In this document: positions 1 through 11,475 of the stretch, piece by piece
Layout of the letters: every line of letters starts with the position of its first letter
Numbering within the stretch: position 1 is the first letter of the stretch
NCBI GenBank assembly: GCA_028534125.1
Contig: CM052817.1
Location: forward strand, 7,380,001 to 7,444,000
Source: Lama glama
Taxonomy: Eukaryota
Reading direction: 5' to 3'
DNA length: 64,000 nt
Notes under the pieces: model-generated
The model's input: only the letters and a program-made list of their open reading frames with translations
What the model was told of the DNA's origin: nothing
The model's database searches: none
Made by a program: the position numbers and the translations under genes

Positions 1-429
1 TTGAGTCACTGACTCGGAGTTGCTCACTCTGGGTCCCACTCTGTCCCTGATCTTGGTACAGTAGACTCTGTGGGATTGAAAATTTAATCTTCTCTGGAGA
101 ACCGTCACGTTAATAGTTAAATCCTAGGCCTGACACTATTGTCCGTTCATGTTTCCTCTTTTGGAAAGTTTATGTTTGGTTATTTTGCTGGTGTGTTTAT
201 TTCAAATCATCTGACTAGCTGATTTGCTGATTTTGCCTTGATTTATATGTCAAGAATATTTATATGTTACATATTTTACACATAATTACATATTTTATTA
301 TATAATAGAATTTTAATACATATAGCCTATAATATACAAGTAAATGTTCTTAATATATATAATGTTATATAATATATTAAAATAATCACTTTTTTATTAT
401 TTTTAAATATTTTTAACATTAGCAATTAT

Positions 430-1250
430 CAACAAAATTAAATCTAAGTTTCATTTTCCAATTCCAGTTTGCTCTTTGACTTTTAGCTTTATTTATAATG
501 TTTTTGAAAGTAAGAAATTGTGCTTATTAATGTTTAGAGAGTAAATTTATTAGCCTTTTCTTTTACAGTCTCTTCCCTTGATGTTGGTAATTTTAGGAAA
601 TCATGTTATTAAGTAAAAGTTTTTTTTTTTTATTTTAATAATAGTGCTACTCATTGTAATAAATGTGGAAAATACACAGTGAAAAGGAAAGAAAGTCTTT
701 CTTATTCCCAAAACATTAAAATCAATACTGGATTTTTTTTAGCATATTTATGTCCCATATTTGTGCTATGTATGTTTTCCTACGTGTTTGAAATAATACC
801 AAGGGTCCAATTTCCTCTCATCCTTTTTTCTCGTAACTTTTTCTCATGGCTTTAATACTTGTTGTGCACTATCCAATTCAGGACGCTCACCATGACTGTT
901 GGGAAGTTAGCTTGCTTTTATTATTCCCTATTATAAATAACGCTGCAATAAACTTCTTTGTGTATAGTCTTCCATTCCCCCAAACAATGGGCTATTTCCA
1001 TAGGAAACATTCAGACAAAATGGAATTCTAAGTTAAAAGGCAAGAAGTACTTAGGAAACTTACCGCGTATTGCCACATTTCTTCAGCAGTTATTTTCTCC
1101 CTCCACAACTGTAAGTCCTCACCCAGCCCCCAACAGAAGAACCTCCTGCGTTTGGTGGTCATGCTTCGTCCTTTGGGCCATACACACTCATATATGCACA
1201 CACACAATCAACTCTTACCCATGTTTTAAGTGGAAATTATAGTGATGTTT
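430..1250 (-). mobile_element. Highly decayed ancient L1 (L1ME-like) fragments
   Basis: T-rich tracts with antisense L1 3' motifs such as ctattataaataacgctgcaataaac and ggaattctaagttaaaagg; boundaries approximate. Confidence 0.4.
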
Positions 1251-2315
1251 GCCTCCTTTTGGTTATAGTTCAAGGTAAAGAAAAAGTAAATTCTGGCTTA
1301 TGAGTTATTGATTGGAAGCAGGGGATCATTTGTCAAAGGAGTCATTGGCCTGAGATACCGGCAGCTGTTCTAACACACATGCCCCCATCGCAGATTTTTC
1401 CTGTTCATGTTCTGTTATGGATACACAAACCTTATTGATTGCATTCTTGAATTAAAGCTCAGCTCGATGGTTGCAAACACACCATTGCCTATAATACATT
1501 TATTTCTGAGCCTTGTTTAACTGTGGCAGCTAAGAAAATCAATGTGTAAGGCCCAGATAGACTGACCTTTAACAAACGAAATAAACTTTTTTTTCTCCCC
1601 TCCAGTCCTCATGCACTTTGAGTCCTGCTCTTTTATGATCTCATGATCTCCTGGTGCTTAGAAAATTCCACAAAACCAGTTTTGGGTAGCTTGAAGTGAA
1701 GATGACTTGGTAGAAAGAGAGAAAGGGGACCTTTGTACAGTCAATTTTTTCAGTTTCTTCTTTTTTTTGCCAGTCTTACTGAGGTCACCTTATGTTGGTA
1801 CCAGCATCATGAGTGTCTGCGTGTGTCCACACTCCCCAGACCGCACAGGCTGTGATTACTGGCCTAGTGCAGAGAACCCCTGTGAGCCGTTTGCTCCTGC
1901 ATCTTAATGCATCTTCACTTGTCTTCTGCTCCCTTTTTCTGGGAGTTGTGTTGATGGAGTTAAATTTGGCACCTCAGTATGTAAAAGCAAATAAAAATGT
2001 GAGAAGACTCTCAGGTGACATAAAAATAGATGTGTATAGAGTTCATCAGAGATGCTCAGATTTCTTCAAAAGAAACACATTCTGTATTGGTAGTGTAAAT
2101 GGGATCTGTGTCTTTTACGGTTCAGGAAAACATTTTAATGTCTAAAAAATTATCTCATTGCCTGAGTCTCCCTAGTCAAGGCTGTTGAGAAGGAAGATAA
2201 ATGAAACAAAGAAGGAGCCTGGAGAAGCATTGCCATACTGGGGTTTCAGAGCATCAGTGCCATGCGGATAGGGAATACAGTGGCTGAGAAGAGAATAGTT
2301 AGGTATTATTCATCC

Positions 2316-2620
2316 TTTTTTTCTTTTGACAGCTTTATTGAAGTATAATTGATATATAATTATATACATAGCTAATGTGTACAATTTGATGAGATGGAAT
2401 ATTTGTAAACACCCATGATACCATCATGGCAATAGACATATTCAGTACCTCTCAGAGTTTCCTGTGTCCTCCTGTTTTTCATTGGCGTGCATGCGCGTGT
2501 GTGTGTAAACAACACTTAACACGAGATCTGCCCTCTTAACAAATTTTGAAGTGCCCAATATCATATTGTTAACTAGGGGACGCATGTTGTACTACAGATC
2601 TCTAGAACCTGTTCACCCAC
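2316..2620 (-). mobile_element. L1 3' end fragment (L1MA9/L1MB-like)
   Basis: Poly-T followed by cagctttattgaagtataattga...gtgtacaatttgatgag...aacacttaacacgagatct...cagatctctagaacc, typical antisense L1M 3'UTR. Confidence 0.75.
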
Positions 2621-3471
2621 TCTTTCTTTTAATTATTTAGTCATTTATTTACTGCACATACACTTAGCATTGGCCCCAAGCATGGAGACTGACTGTCTAC
2701 AGAGTCCAGCTGCAGAAGCAGACACACAAACGGATGAGAACAGTTCGTTGAGCCGGGTCTTGGGTTGCCCATAGTGCTGCCAGTGGCCCCAGAGCAAAGG
2801 GACCAGGCTAACACAGCTGAGAAACATCTGGCAGAAGAGTCAAGATTCACTGAGTTGAATCTTGAAAGCTACGTAGCCATTGGTTTTTCTGAGAAGATGG
2901 AGAAGTAAGATCAGACAGAGGGAGCAGCAGTTTGCCAGGATCTTGGAGAAGTTAGGAGGACATCTGACTGTTGGAAAGGTCACATGGAGCGAGTGTAACA
3001 ACCGAACCAAATTACGGAAAATTTGTCTTTTATGCCAGGGAGGAATTTTGAACTTTTATTTTCTTTTCCTCTATCAGAACAACATGTTTTATATTTTTGT
3101 CTTTATTCTCAAACAGCAAGCAATTTGAATCAGGCCACTTAACAGTTCTGCATACTTTTAATGACTTCCATTTCACTCAGGATCAAACCCAGCCAAAAAT
3201 GGCTTGTAGAACACTGCAGTGTTCTTTGTTCATCCCTCCCATTTTCCATGGGGCTACCCTCTGATTCACTGGAATCCAGCCATGTATGACTTCATAATTG
3301 TTCCTCAAAGACTGGGTAGCCTCCTGTCTCTTGGTCCTCTCCCTGACACTTCCCTAGCCTGGAAATCTCACTCTCCAGAATCCACATCACCTACTCATTC
3401 CTTTCTTGCAGGCTTCTGCTGAAGCATCTCCCAGCTTTTCTGAACCACTCTACTTTAAGTTGACTGACATC

Positions 3472-4066
3472 TTTTTTTTTTTTAATTGAAGTATAGTCAG
3501 TTTACAATGTGTCAGTTTCTGGTGTACAACATAATGTTTCAGTCATACATATAGTACATATATTCATTTTCATATTCTTTTTCATTATAAATTACTATGA
3601 GATATTGAATCTAGTTCCATGTTCTATATAGTAGAAACGTATTGTTTATCTAGTTTCTGTATAGTAGTTAGTATTTGCAAATCTCAAACTCCCAATTTAT
3701 TTATTCCCGCCCCCTATACCCTTTGGTAACCATGTCTGTTTTCTATGTCTGTGAAGTCTGTTTATGTTTCATAAATAAGTTCATTTGTGCCTTTTTTAAA
3801 AATTCCATGTATGAGTGATATCATATAGTTTTTTTCTCTTTCTGGCTTACTTCACTTAGAATGATGATCTCCAAATCCATCCGTGTTGCTGAAAATGGCA
3901 GTATTTCATTCTCTTTTATGGCTGAGTAGTATTCCATTGTATGTATATGTGTGTATGTGTGTGTGTGTGTGTGTATACATGTATATGTATATATACACAC
4001 ACCACAACTTCTTTATCCAGTCATCTGTTGATAGACATTTAGGTTGTTTCCATGTCTTGGCTATCA
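3472..4066 (-). mobile_element. 5'-truncated cetartiodactyl/camelid-type L1 (3'UTR plus end of ORF2) with internal (TG)n
   Basis: Poly-T then aattgaagtatagtcagtttacaatg...tggtaaccat...ggcttacttcacttagaatg...ggctgagtagtattccattg...ggttgtttccatgtcttggctat. Confidence 0.9.
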
Positions 4067-4171
4067 TATTTTAACTGATATTTTTAACCCTGCAGCCCCT
4101 TTCCCTTTCTCAGCTTTGCTTTTTATCGAAGAACTTATCACCATCAGAGCACTGGATATCTTATTCATTTA

Positions 4172-4349
4172 CAGTCCTCCCTCAATATCCATGGGAGATT
4201 GGTTCCAGGAGCTACTGTGGAAATCTGCAGACGCTCAAGTCCCACGGTCAATCCTCCTTAACAGCGGGTTCTGCATTCACCCAGCCTGCTGCAATCTTAA
4301 ACATAGTATGCACATAGTACGTAATCTGTTGGATATGGAAGGCCAACTG
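4172..4349. mobile_element. Non-autonomous TcMar-Tigger element (MER2-like)
   Basis: Imperfect terminal inverted repeats cagtcctccctcaatatcc / ggatatggaaggccaactg, flanked by TA on both sides (4170-4171, 4350-4351). Confidence 0.75.
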
Positions 4350-5783
4350 TATTTGCTAATTTTCTGGCTCATCTCTTTAAAATGTACGTTCCCTAAGGCA
4401 GATACTTTCACCAGTTTTATTTATTCATGTATCTCTGGCACCTGGTTATTGGTTGATAAATATCTGTGGAATGAGTAAGCATCATTGTTCTCTAAAATGT
4501 TGGTGCATAAAAAAAAGTAAGGCTTTATTGGATACTATCTTACTTATAAACATTTACCCCAAATGCAGCATTTGATTAACTTTTTTATGCAACATAGTAT
4601 GATGATATGTTTTCTAGCCACTTATAAAGAATGCAGCTGGAGGATTGTAAGGTACCTGACACTTCTGTATTCCCTGCCGCAGGGCCGCAGGCAGGCCGGT
4701 GGCTCACTGGACTTCAGTTTCCACATCTCTGACATGAGGGGTCTAGGTATCTAAGTCTGAAAGTTTGCCCAGGTCTTGTTTGCTGTGTACTTCCTCAGGG
4801 TTTGCAGTCCTCGGCTAGATCAAGTTCACCATATCTCAGACTTCTATCATCGGGTGGGAGAAATTGCAGGGCATAGAACCAAATGGAGTCTTTGAGATTA
4901 TTCAGTGATGTCTTCAAGTAAATGACTAGCAATTTGATACATAAAGTAATGAAAGGTTGTGGAAGAAATAAAAATTATAAAAATTGCCATACATTTCTTC
5001 CTTTTTGTGGTCTTCACTTGCTGCTGTCTCATCCCAATGCGGTCAAGCTACTAATATTCAAAGAAAAAAAAATGTGTGGCAAGATTAGGACATGAAACTA
5101 CCTTAGACTTCACTCATTCTAAGACTTTGACAAGAATCACACCCACTTTTGGCTTCACCACATAGAAGGCATAGTACCATATTGACTGGGAATGCTTCCT
5201 TTTTGAGAGATGCTTAGAGTTTGGGAAGCCAAGGCAGAACCAGAGTGAGACCCCAGAGAAATGAGATAGAGTGTATGATTCTTGCTCTAATTGACTGAAA
5301 GAGAAATCTCAGTGCTCCCTTTTTCTTTGAACACAGTTGGAGAGAAAAGTTCTAAAGAACCATGTAGGAAATAGAGAAGAAGTCTTTTTTTCAGACTGAC
5401 CTCAAATCTAGACGTTGTGCTGAAGAAAGAAACGATATTCTTAATAACCAAACATAGTCTAGAACTGCTCCTTACGGTGGGAAACTAACAGACACTAGTA
5501 GCTGCACGCTAGACAGTTAGCTATTAGTTATACTATTAGTCCATATGCTTAACTGGTGCATGGATTAAGCACAAAGGTAGAATGTTAGTCAAGTTCTCTG
5601 AGATTTTGGATTTAGAATTTAAGTCACAGTTAACACAATAGCATTTGCTTCCATCAGCTGGACAGCCCTTATTCCTAGGTAATAGTAGTAATAACAAAAT
5701 TAACACTTGTTGCTCAGCAGTGAGTAGTCCTTTTGTGCCAGGATAATGGGTACTTTACTTAGTTTAGTTTACATAGTTTAGTT

Positions 5784-5987
5784 CAAGTGCTAGCAATTTA
5801 TTTTTTCTATAGTCAGATAGTAAATATTTTATTATCTGTAAGCCATAGATTCAGTCTCTGTCACAACTACCCAACTCCACAGTTGTAGCCACGAAAACAA
5901 GTGGGCAAGGCTGTGTCCCAATAAAACTTTATTTACAAAAGAAGGCAGTGGCATGATTTGGCCATGGGCTATAATTTATGACCTGCG
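5784..5987 (+). mobile_element. MER58A-like hAT-Charlie DNA transposon inserted in a MIR
   Basis: Motifs cagatagtaaatatttt, tctctgtcacaactac and ccaataaaactttatttacaaaa; exact 8-bp TSD gtttagtt at 5776-5783 and 5988-5995. Confidence 0.85.
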
Positions 5988-8084
5988 GTTTAGTTCACTT
6001 GAAAGCTATAACAACTCAATGGTATTATAAAATATATATAAGTATTATAAAAATAACCCTAACCTTAACCCCAATTTATTGATTAGAAAACTAGGGCTCA
6101 ATTATGACCAATAACTTAACATGGGTTATGGAAGAGCCAGTGTTCTGATATTTGCTGATGTGATCCCAATGTCAATGTCCTTTTCCCTACATTGCATTTT
6201 TACTTCTTTGTGACAGATAAAGGTGTCTTTCTTACCTTCTATGTCCCCTGCTCCCCCAGGAACCACTGGACTTAGAAGGCATGTTTTTTTTGTCAGTTCT
6301 TGTTCAGCCTCAAACTGCAGTGGGGAACATGGGTCCTCCCTTTCTCAAGTGCAGGTGCCTGTTCCAGTCCCCAGAGATGTTTGCTAACTCTGCGTCTTCA
6401 TCCTGTCTCTGTTGTGCTGCCCACACTGAAAACCTGATATATGAACCATAGTTTAGTGTCAAACTCAGTTTGTCGATGTTGCCATCTTTCCTTGTGTAGT
6501 TCTATAAAACGAGGCAGCGGGGTTGAAAGCAAAGGCTTGCACGTTGAACACTAATCAACTCTGATGGAATCTCTTCTTCTTGGGAAGAAAACAGTCCTGC
6601 TGGAAAGTTGAACTTTGACCAAGAGGGGCAAAGGAAATAATAGGAAAGGCAGTATTTTTTTGGAGAGAATAGTTCTGAGCCAAGGAATCAAGAGTCACTG
6701 ACTCAGAGGTTATCACCTAAGCTGCACAGGCTTAAATATGTCACTTTGGTGTTGTTATGATGGAATACAAGCAACATAATTTAAAAGAATGACCTTTTCG
6801 CAGAGTTAACTCGTACACACTGATAGAGGTGTCATTAGAATCATGAAAGGCACACATACTGAAGGGTGACTTCTCAGTCCCCCTCCTCTTCTACATCATT
6901 TGTTCCAACCTGAAACTGTCTTCATCGTCCTTCTCCTGGCCATCAAGAAGCTTCCTCACCAAGACCAAGAATGTTACCCCCACCTGGAGCTCGTTCGTAG
7001 TTCTGGTTTCCAGTATGAGAAGGAAAAATCTTCTGGACAAACTGACATCAGGGATGACTTACCCCTCTTAGAAAATGTGCTCCCAGCCCAGGGGAAAACA
7101 GCATTGTCCCTCCTGCAAGCCCAGTGGCATATAATAGAGTATTCATAACACCTTGTGGCCTGAATCAGGTGTAAGTAGCAACTGCTCCCTCAGAGAGCGT
7201 CAGGATCTCTTGTCAGCTTAAATTTATAAAAACAACCTTCTGAAAAACTACAAGAAACACTCACATCAGGTACTGCCTTAAATAGAAGCAATTTTCTAAT
7301 GTTAATTCTAAAGAATTACATTAACATGCAAGCTTCACTTCATCCAGATTTAACATCCTGTTTTCTGTTAAACCAGGCAATCAGAACACATTCTAAGGTT
7401 GGCACTAATACAAAATAAGCAAATCCATAGCTCCATTGAGATTAATATGTTTATTTGCACAACTAAAGGTGTGTGGCCAACCTTCAGCTTGGAATGCCAC
7501 GGTTTTAAAGTGAAATCTAAATTTCATTTTTAATGGTAGCAGTCAAAAGAAAGCAAGCATTTTGCTTCCCTCCTCACTGAGGATTCCTTTGTAAATTTGA
7601 GGAATAAATTGTTCCTCTGTCCCCTTCCACTTTGCTGTTGTAGTTTCCTGGAACTGCTTAGAACCTGTTTTTCCACTGGTCAAAACAGCTCAGGCTCAGT
7701 GCTTCCTGGAGTATGTAAAACTCTCAGCTGTGTAGGAGGCTCAGAGTGTTGGCCCAGATAATGCAACTGCACACATGAGAGCTTGCTTTTTGGGGCCAGT
7801 TAATGTGAAATGCTTCATAAAGAACAACATTATCTGCCTCTAATGAAGGACCTTTTCTTCACCATATGGGGAAATGGTCCTCAAGAGAACTCAGAGATAT
7901 TTTTTCAAATGGTTCATTTTGTATAGCCCTCTTACATATGTCTTCAGGTCCTTCAGATGTAGAGGGAAGAAGAAAGAAGCATGAGGCTATCCTAATTGAA
8001 ATTTCAAATTACATAATATTGGAAGCTACCCTGGGTAACAGCATGTTCCTTCCAATTACAAAGAGTTAATTTATGCTTTGTAAT

Positions 8085-8240
8085 GAGGAAGCTGACATTT
8101 GTTCTGCACCCACCATGTGTTCAGTGCTTTACATTTCACATTTGTTCGCTTACACAGTCCCTGTAAGATGTTGCTGTCCTCTCGCCTCATGAGGAAAAAA
8201 TTAAGGAAGCTAAGTTGTTTGCCTAGAGTCACATGGTATT
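8085..8240 (-). mobile_element. MIR SINE fragment
   Basis: MIR core-like catgaggaaaaaattaaggaagctaagttgtttgcctagagtcacatgg. Confidence 0.55.
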
Positions 8241-8444
8241 ATAACATGGGAAATAAGAGCAAAAATTCCAGAATCAGACACTTGACTGTACATTTCACTT
8301 CCATCACTTGCTGCTGGGACTTAAATCTCAGTCTTAGAAGCTGTGGAATGGATGTTAATAATCTCTCCACATAAACATATTGCTGTTGTAAGTTATCATA
8401 AAATGAAGACATGCTGCACAAAAGTATTTAAAAATACTCTAACA

Positions 8445-8564
8445 GGGCAGTGGGTATATCTCAGTGATGGAGCCGATACTCAGCATGCACAGGGTCCTGG
8501 GTTCAGTTCCCAGCACTGCCGTTAAAACAAAGTGAAAAAAATTAAATGCATTAAAAAATAAAAT
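8445..8564 (+). mobile_element. tRNA-Ala-derived SINE (Vic-1-like, camelid), diverged copy
   Basis: tRNA-like head gggtatatctcagtgatggag...cagcatgcacagggtcctgggttcagttcccagcac and A-rich tail; TSD aaaaatactctaaca (8430-8444) / aaaaatattttaaca (8565-8579), 13 of 15 identical. Confidence 0.85.
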
Positions 8565-8962
8565 AAAAATATTTTAACATATGATAGAAAAGGCTGGGTA
8601 AATAAAGCACAGGAAAGCTTAAAATCTAAAACAAAAATATATTTTTAAAATAAAAAACTTGATATAAAATAAAGTATATGATTAGTAATGGAGCAATAAT
8701 AATAACCAGTGAACATAATCATTTTTATACCATTAGTTACTGATGAGAATTTAAAAATGAAGTAAGAAACAATCACGTTATTTTGATATATTGGCCAAAA
8801 GCAGCACATGACATTGAGCATTGCAGGAACAGGCACTTACATAAGCAAATGTAACAAAGCAACATTACAACTTTTTCAGAGTGTAGATTTCTAATATTTT
8901 CTTATATATGCATACTGCTAAAGCTTGTAATATTTAAGTATTAATCCTGAAGAAATAATCAA

Positions 8963-9309
8963 TACTATGGATTGAATTGTCCCCCATTAAATTCGTGTTG
9001 AGAAACTAATCACCAATGTGGTGGAATTTGGAGATGGGGCCTTTGGAAGATAATTAGGTTTAGATAAGTTCATGATGATAGGAGCCCTACAATGGAATTA
9101 GTGTCCTTAAAGGAAGAGATACCACAGCTCTTTCTACCATCTGAGGACATGGTGAGAAGGTGGCAAGCCAGAACGAGGGCCCTCACTAGGAACCAAATCA
9201 GCCAGCACTGTGGTCTTGGACGTCCCAGCTGCCAGAACTAGGAGACGTAAGTGTCTGCGGTTTAAACCACCCAGTCTGCTGTTATTAGCAGTCTGAGATA
9301 GCTAAAACA
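8963..9309 (+). mobile_element. MaLR solo LTR (MLT1A/B-like)
   Basis: tactatggattgaattgtcccc...ggagatggggcctttggaagataattagg...tttaaaccacccagtct...gctaaaaca follows the MLT1A layout. Confidence 0.85.
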
Positions 9310-9584
9310 ATTGGCTGAAAACATTAGAATTTAGGAATAAAGATATTTATAAAAACATCATTTATATATTTTAAACCTAAAAAAAAAATCTAAATATCAT
9401 ACAACAGGGACTAAATCAATTCATTTATGGTAAGTCTACACAATGAAATTACATCCATCCATTTAAAGAAATGATTTGTGATTATATTTACTGACTAGTA
9501 AAAATGGTCTGCATATTCTTAAGTGAAAAATAACATTGTAAGAGACTGCATCCTGTATTTAGTAGAATAAGATGTCCCACCACG

Positions 9585-9800
9585 TTCCAGTGAAAGATGG
9601 CTCTCATTGAGCACAGTGTGCCAGATGGTACACTGAGTAACACAAGTACATAGTCTTAACTGATAGCTGAAATATCTCCCTAAGATTTTATTATTCCTCA
9701 TATACAAATGAGAAAATAAGCATCATGGTTGAAGGGATTTGCAAAACCTCTCTCAGCTAGGATGTGGCACAAGTTGTACTTGAACCCAGTACTGACTTTA
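9585..9800 (-). mobile_element. MIR SINE fragment
   Basis: cattgagcacagtgtgccag...ttattattcctcatatacaaatgagaaaa...ttgaacccag. Confidence 0.55.
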
Positions 9801-10603
9801 CAGGAGTAATTGAACACTAGGCTCATTCTAAACTTGTATGCTCACTAGACCATGTATGTGATTAATACACAATTATACAAGTTGCATACAGATTCATAAT
9901 CACCAGTTAACTCTAAGCATGGTTCACCTTACAAACACAATTCTTCAAGAGAGAATATGAGTAACAGCCATGTTTCAGTTTTTTTTTAACTTTCTTCAAA
10001 TTATCTCAGTTAAGTTTTTATATCCAATCATATTATTATGGTTTTAAATATGCATTACAAGTAAATACAAGCTTGTATTAGAAGGAAGAAAAGTATTAAT
10101 TCTGCTAATTTATTTGTTAAAATTTCTAAGCCATCTGTTCAATATGTGACAATCAGTTTACATAAACTGGATAATATAAAGGGAAAATCCATTTAACGAG
10201 GCTAGCATAAACTACTAAACAATGTGATAATATAACGCTTACCACAGTGAACAGAATGAAAATCAACAATGGAAGACATACATTCAAACTCTCCACTTGG
10301 AAGTTCTTACTATTTCACCACCCCACAGACATTTAGCTTGGTCAGATTTAAGGAAATGTAATAAATAGGATGTCTTATGTCAATCTGAATCAAAAAGAGA
10401 AGTAAGATGAAAAAGTAAAATGTCTGCTCCACTCCTTATCTTGGTTTCTCTGTATTAAGTGTATCTTTTTTCCTCTCGATGTTTTAAGATTTATCACTTG
10501 TTTTGACCATTATTTCTTTAAAAGGTTGTTCTTTCTTCTCTCTTTCTGATGTTCCAATTGCATGTGCACTGCATCACTTTATCTTGTGCTAAGGGCACAG
10601 CTG

Positions 10604-10612
10604 TATCTATCA

Positions 10613-10655
<43 letters not shown>

Positions 10656-10670
10656 CATCCATCCATCTAT
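10604..10670. repeat. (TATC)n/(CATC)n tetranucleotide microsatellite
   Basis: Visible tandem atct units followed by atcc units. Confidence 0.95.
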
Positions 10671-10712
10671 CCTCTGGAGTACATATATATATATTCATTT
10701 CAATATACATGT

Positions 10713-11214
10713 TGTATTAGTTAGAGAACAAGATCTATCTATTTCTATATATCTATTTATCTATCTACATATGGGAGAGGGGCAGGTTAATGGTAAGGAA
10801 GTGGCTCAAGTGACCACAGAGGCTAAGAAGTGCCAGGATCTAGTCAGTAAGCTGGGACGCAGGAGAACTGATGAAGTGAATTCCTGTCTGAAAGCTAGCA
10901 GGCTGAATCCAAGAAGAGCTGATGTTTCAATTTGCCTACAAAGGCAGGGAAAAAACGGATTACTCCAGGTCAAGCAGTCAGGCAGGAGCTGTGCCCTCAT
11001 TCAGGGGAGCCTCAGCCTTTTTGTTCTATCCAGGCTTTCAGCTGATGGGGTGAGGCCCACCCACACCAGGAAGGACGATCTCCCTTCCCCAGGTTACTGA
11101 TTCAAATGTTGACTCACGCGAACACGTCCTCACTGACATATCACGAGTAATGTGTGACCAAACATCTGGGCACTCATGGCCCATTTAAGTGGATACACAA
11201 AGCTAACAATCTTA
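10713..11214 (-). mobile_element. ERVL solo LTR (MLT2B-like)
   Basis: tgtattagtt...gaagagctgatgtttcaattt...cagcctttttgttctatccaggctttcagctgatggggtgaggcccacccacacc...gaccaaacatctgggcac. Confidence 0.85.
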
Positions 11215-11410
11215 TCTATAGTATATATGCTGCTGTAAATTCACCACACAAGCATTTTTCTTCTCTCTTTTATTTTGGATAATTCCTATTGCTGTGTCTT
11301 CAAGTTTGCTGATCTCATTTTCATGTGTGTCTAAATTGCTACTAATCATATCCAGTGTATTTTTTCATTTAAGGTGTTGTATTTTTAATCTCTGCAAGTT
11401 CCCTTAGATC

Positions 11411-11475
11411 TTTTTTTAATTGAGGTGTAGTTGATTACAATGTTAGTTTCAGGTGTACAGCAAAGTGATTCAGTC
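11411..11475 (-). mobile_element. Very short L1 3' terminus
   Basis: ttttttaattgaggtgtagttgattacaatgttagtttcaggtgtacagcaaagtgattcagt, a cetartiodactyl L1 terminal motif. Confidence 0.75.

Larger units (their letters stand above)
3150..4480 (+). mobile_element. Decayed L2 3' region, interrupted by an L1 and a MER2-like element
   Basis: L2-like pieces (ccatttcactcaggatcaaaccc; cttccctagcctggaa; aaatgtacgttccctaaggcagatact) ending in the L2 tail gataaatatctgtggaatgagtaa. Confidence 0.55.

Noticed and set aside
2840..2865. Perfect 10-bp hairpin tcaagattca-N6-tgaatcttga
   Set aside because: Too short for a pre-miRNA and isolated; such hairpins can arise by chance in 64 kb.
6055..6073. Telomere-like taaccctaaccttaaccc
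   Set aside because: Only three imperfect units within a decayed MIR; too short to call an interstitial telomere.
7645..7653. Isolated STAT/GAS motif TTCCTGGAA and similar sites elsewhere, plus the palindrome GACTGAGTCAGTC at 61434-61446
   Set aside because: Short motifs occur frequently by chance and have no independent support here.
10549..11100. 183-aa ORF
   Set aside because: Runs through a (TATC)n microsatellite (IYLS repeats) and an MLT2 LTR; no protein family resemblance.
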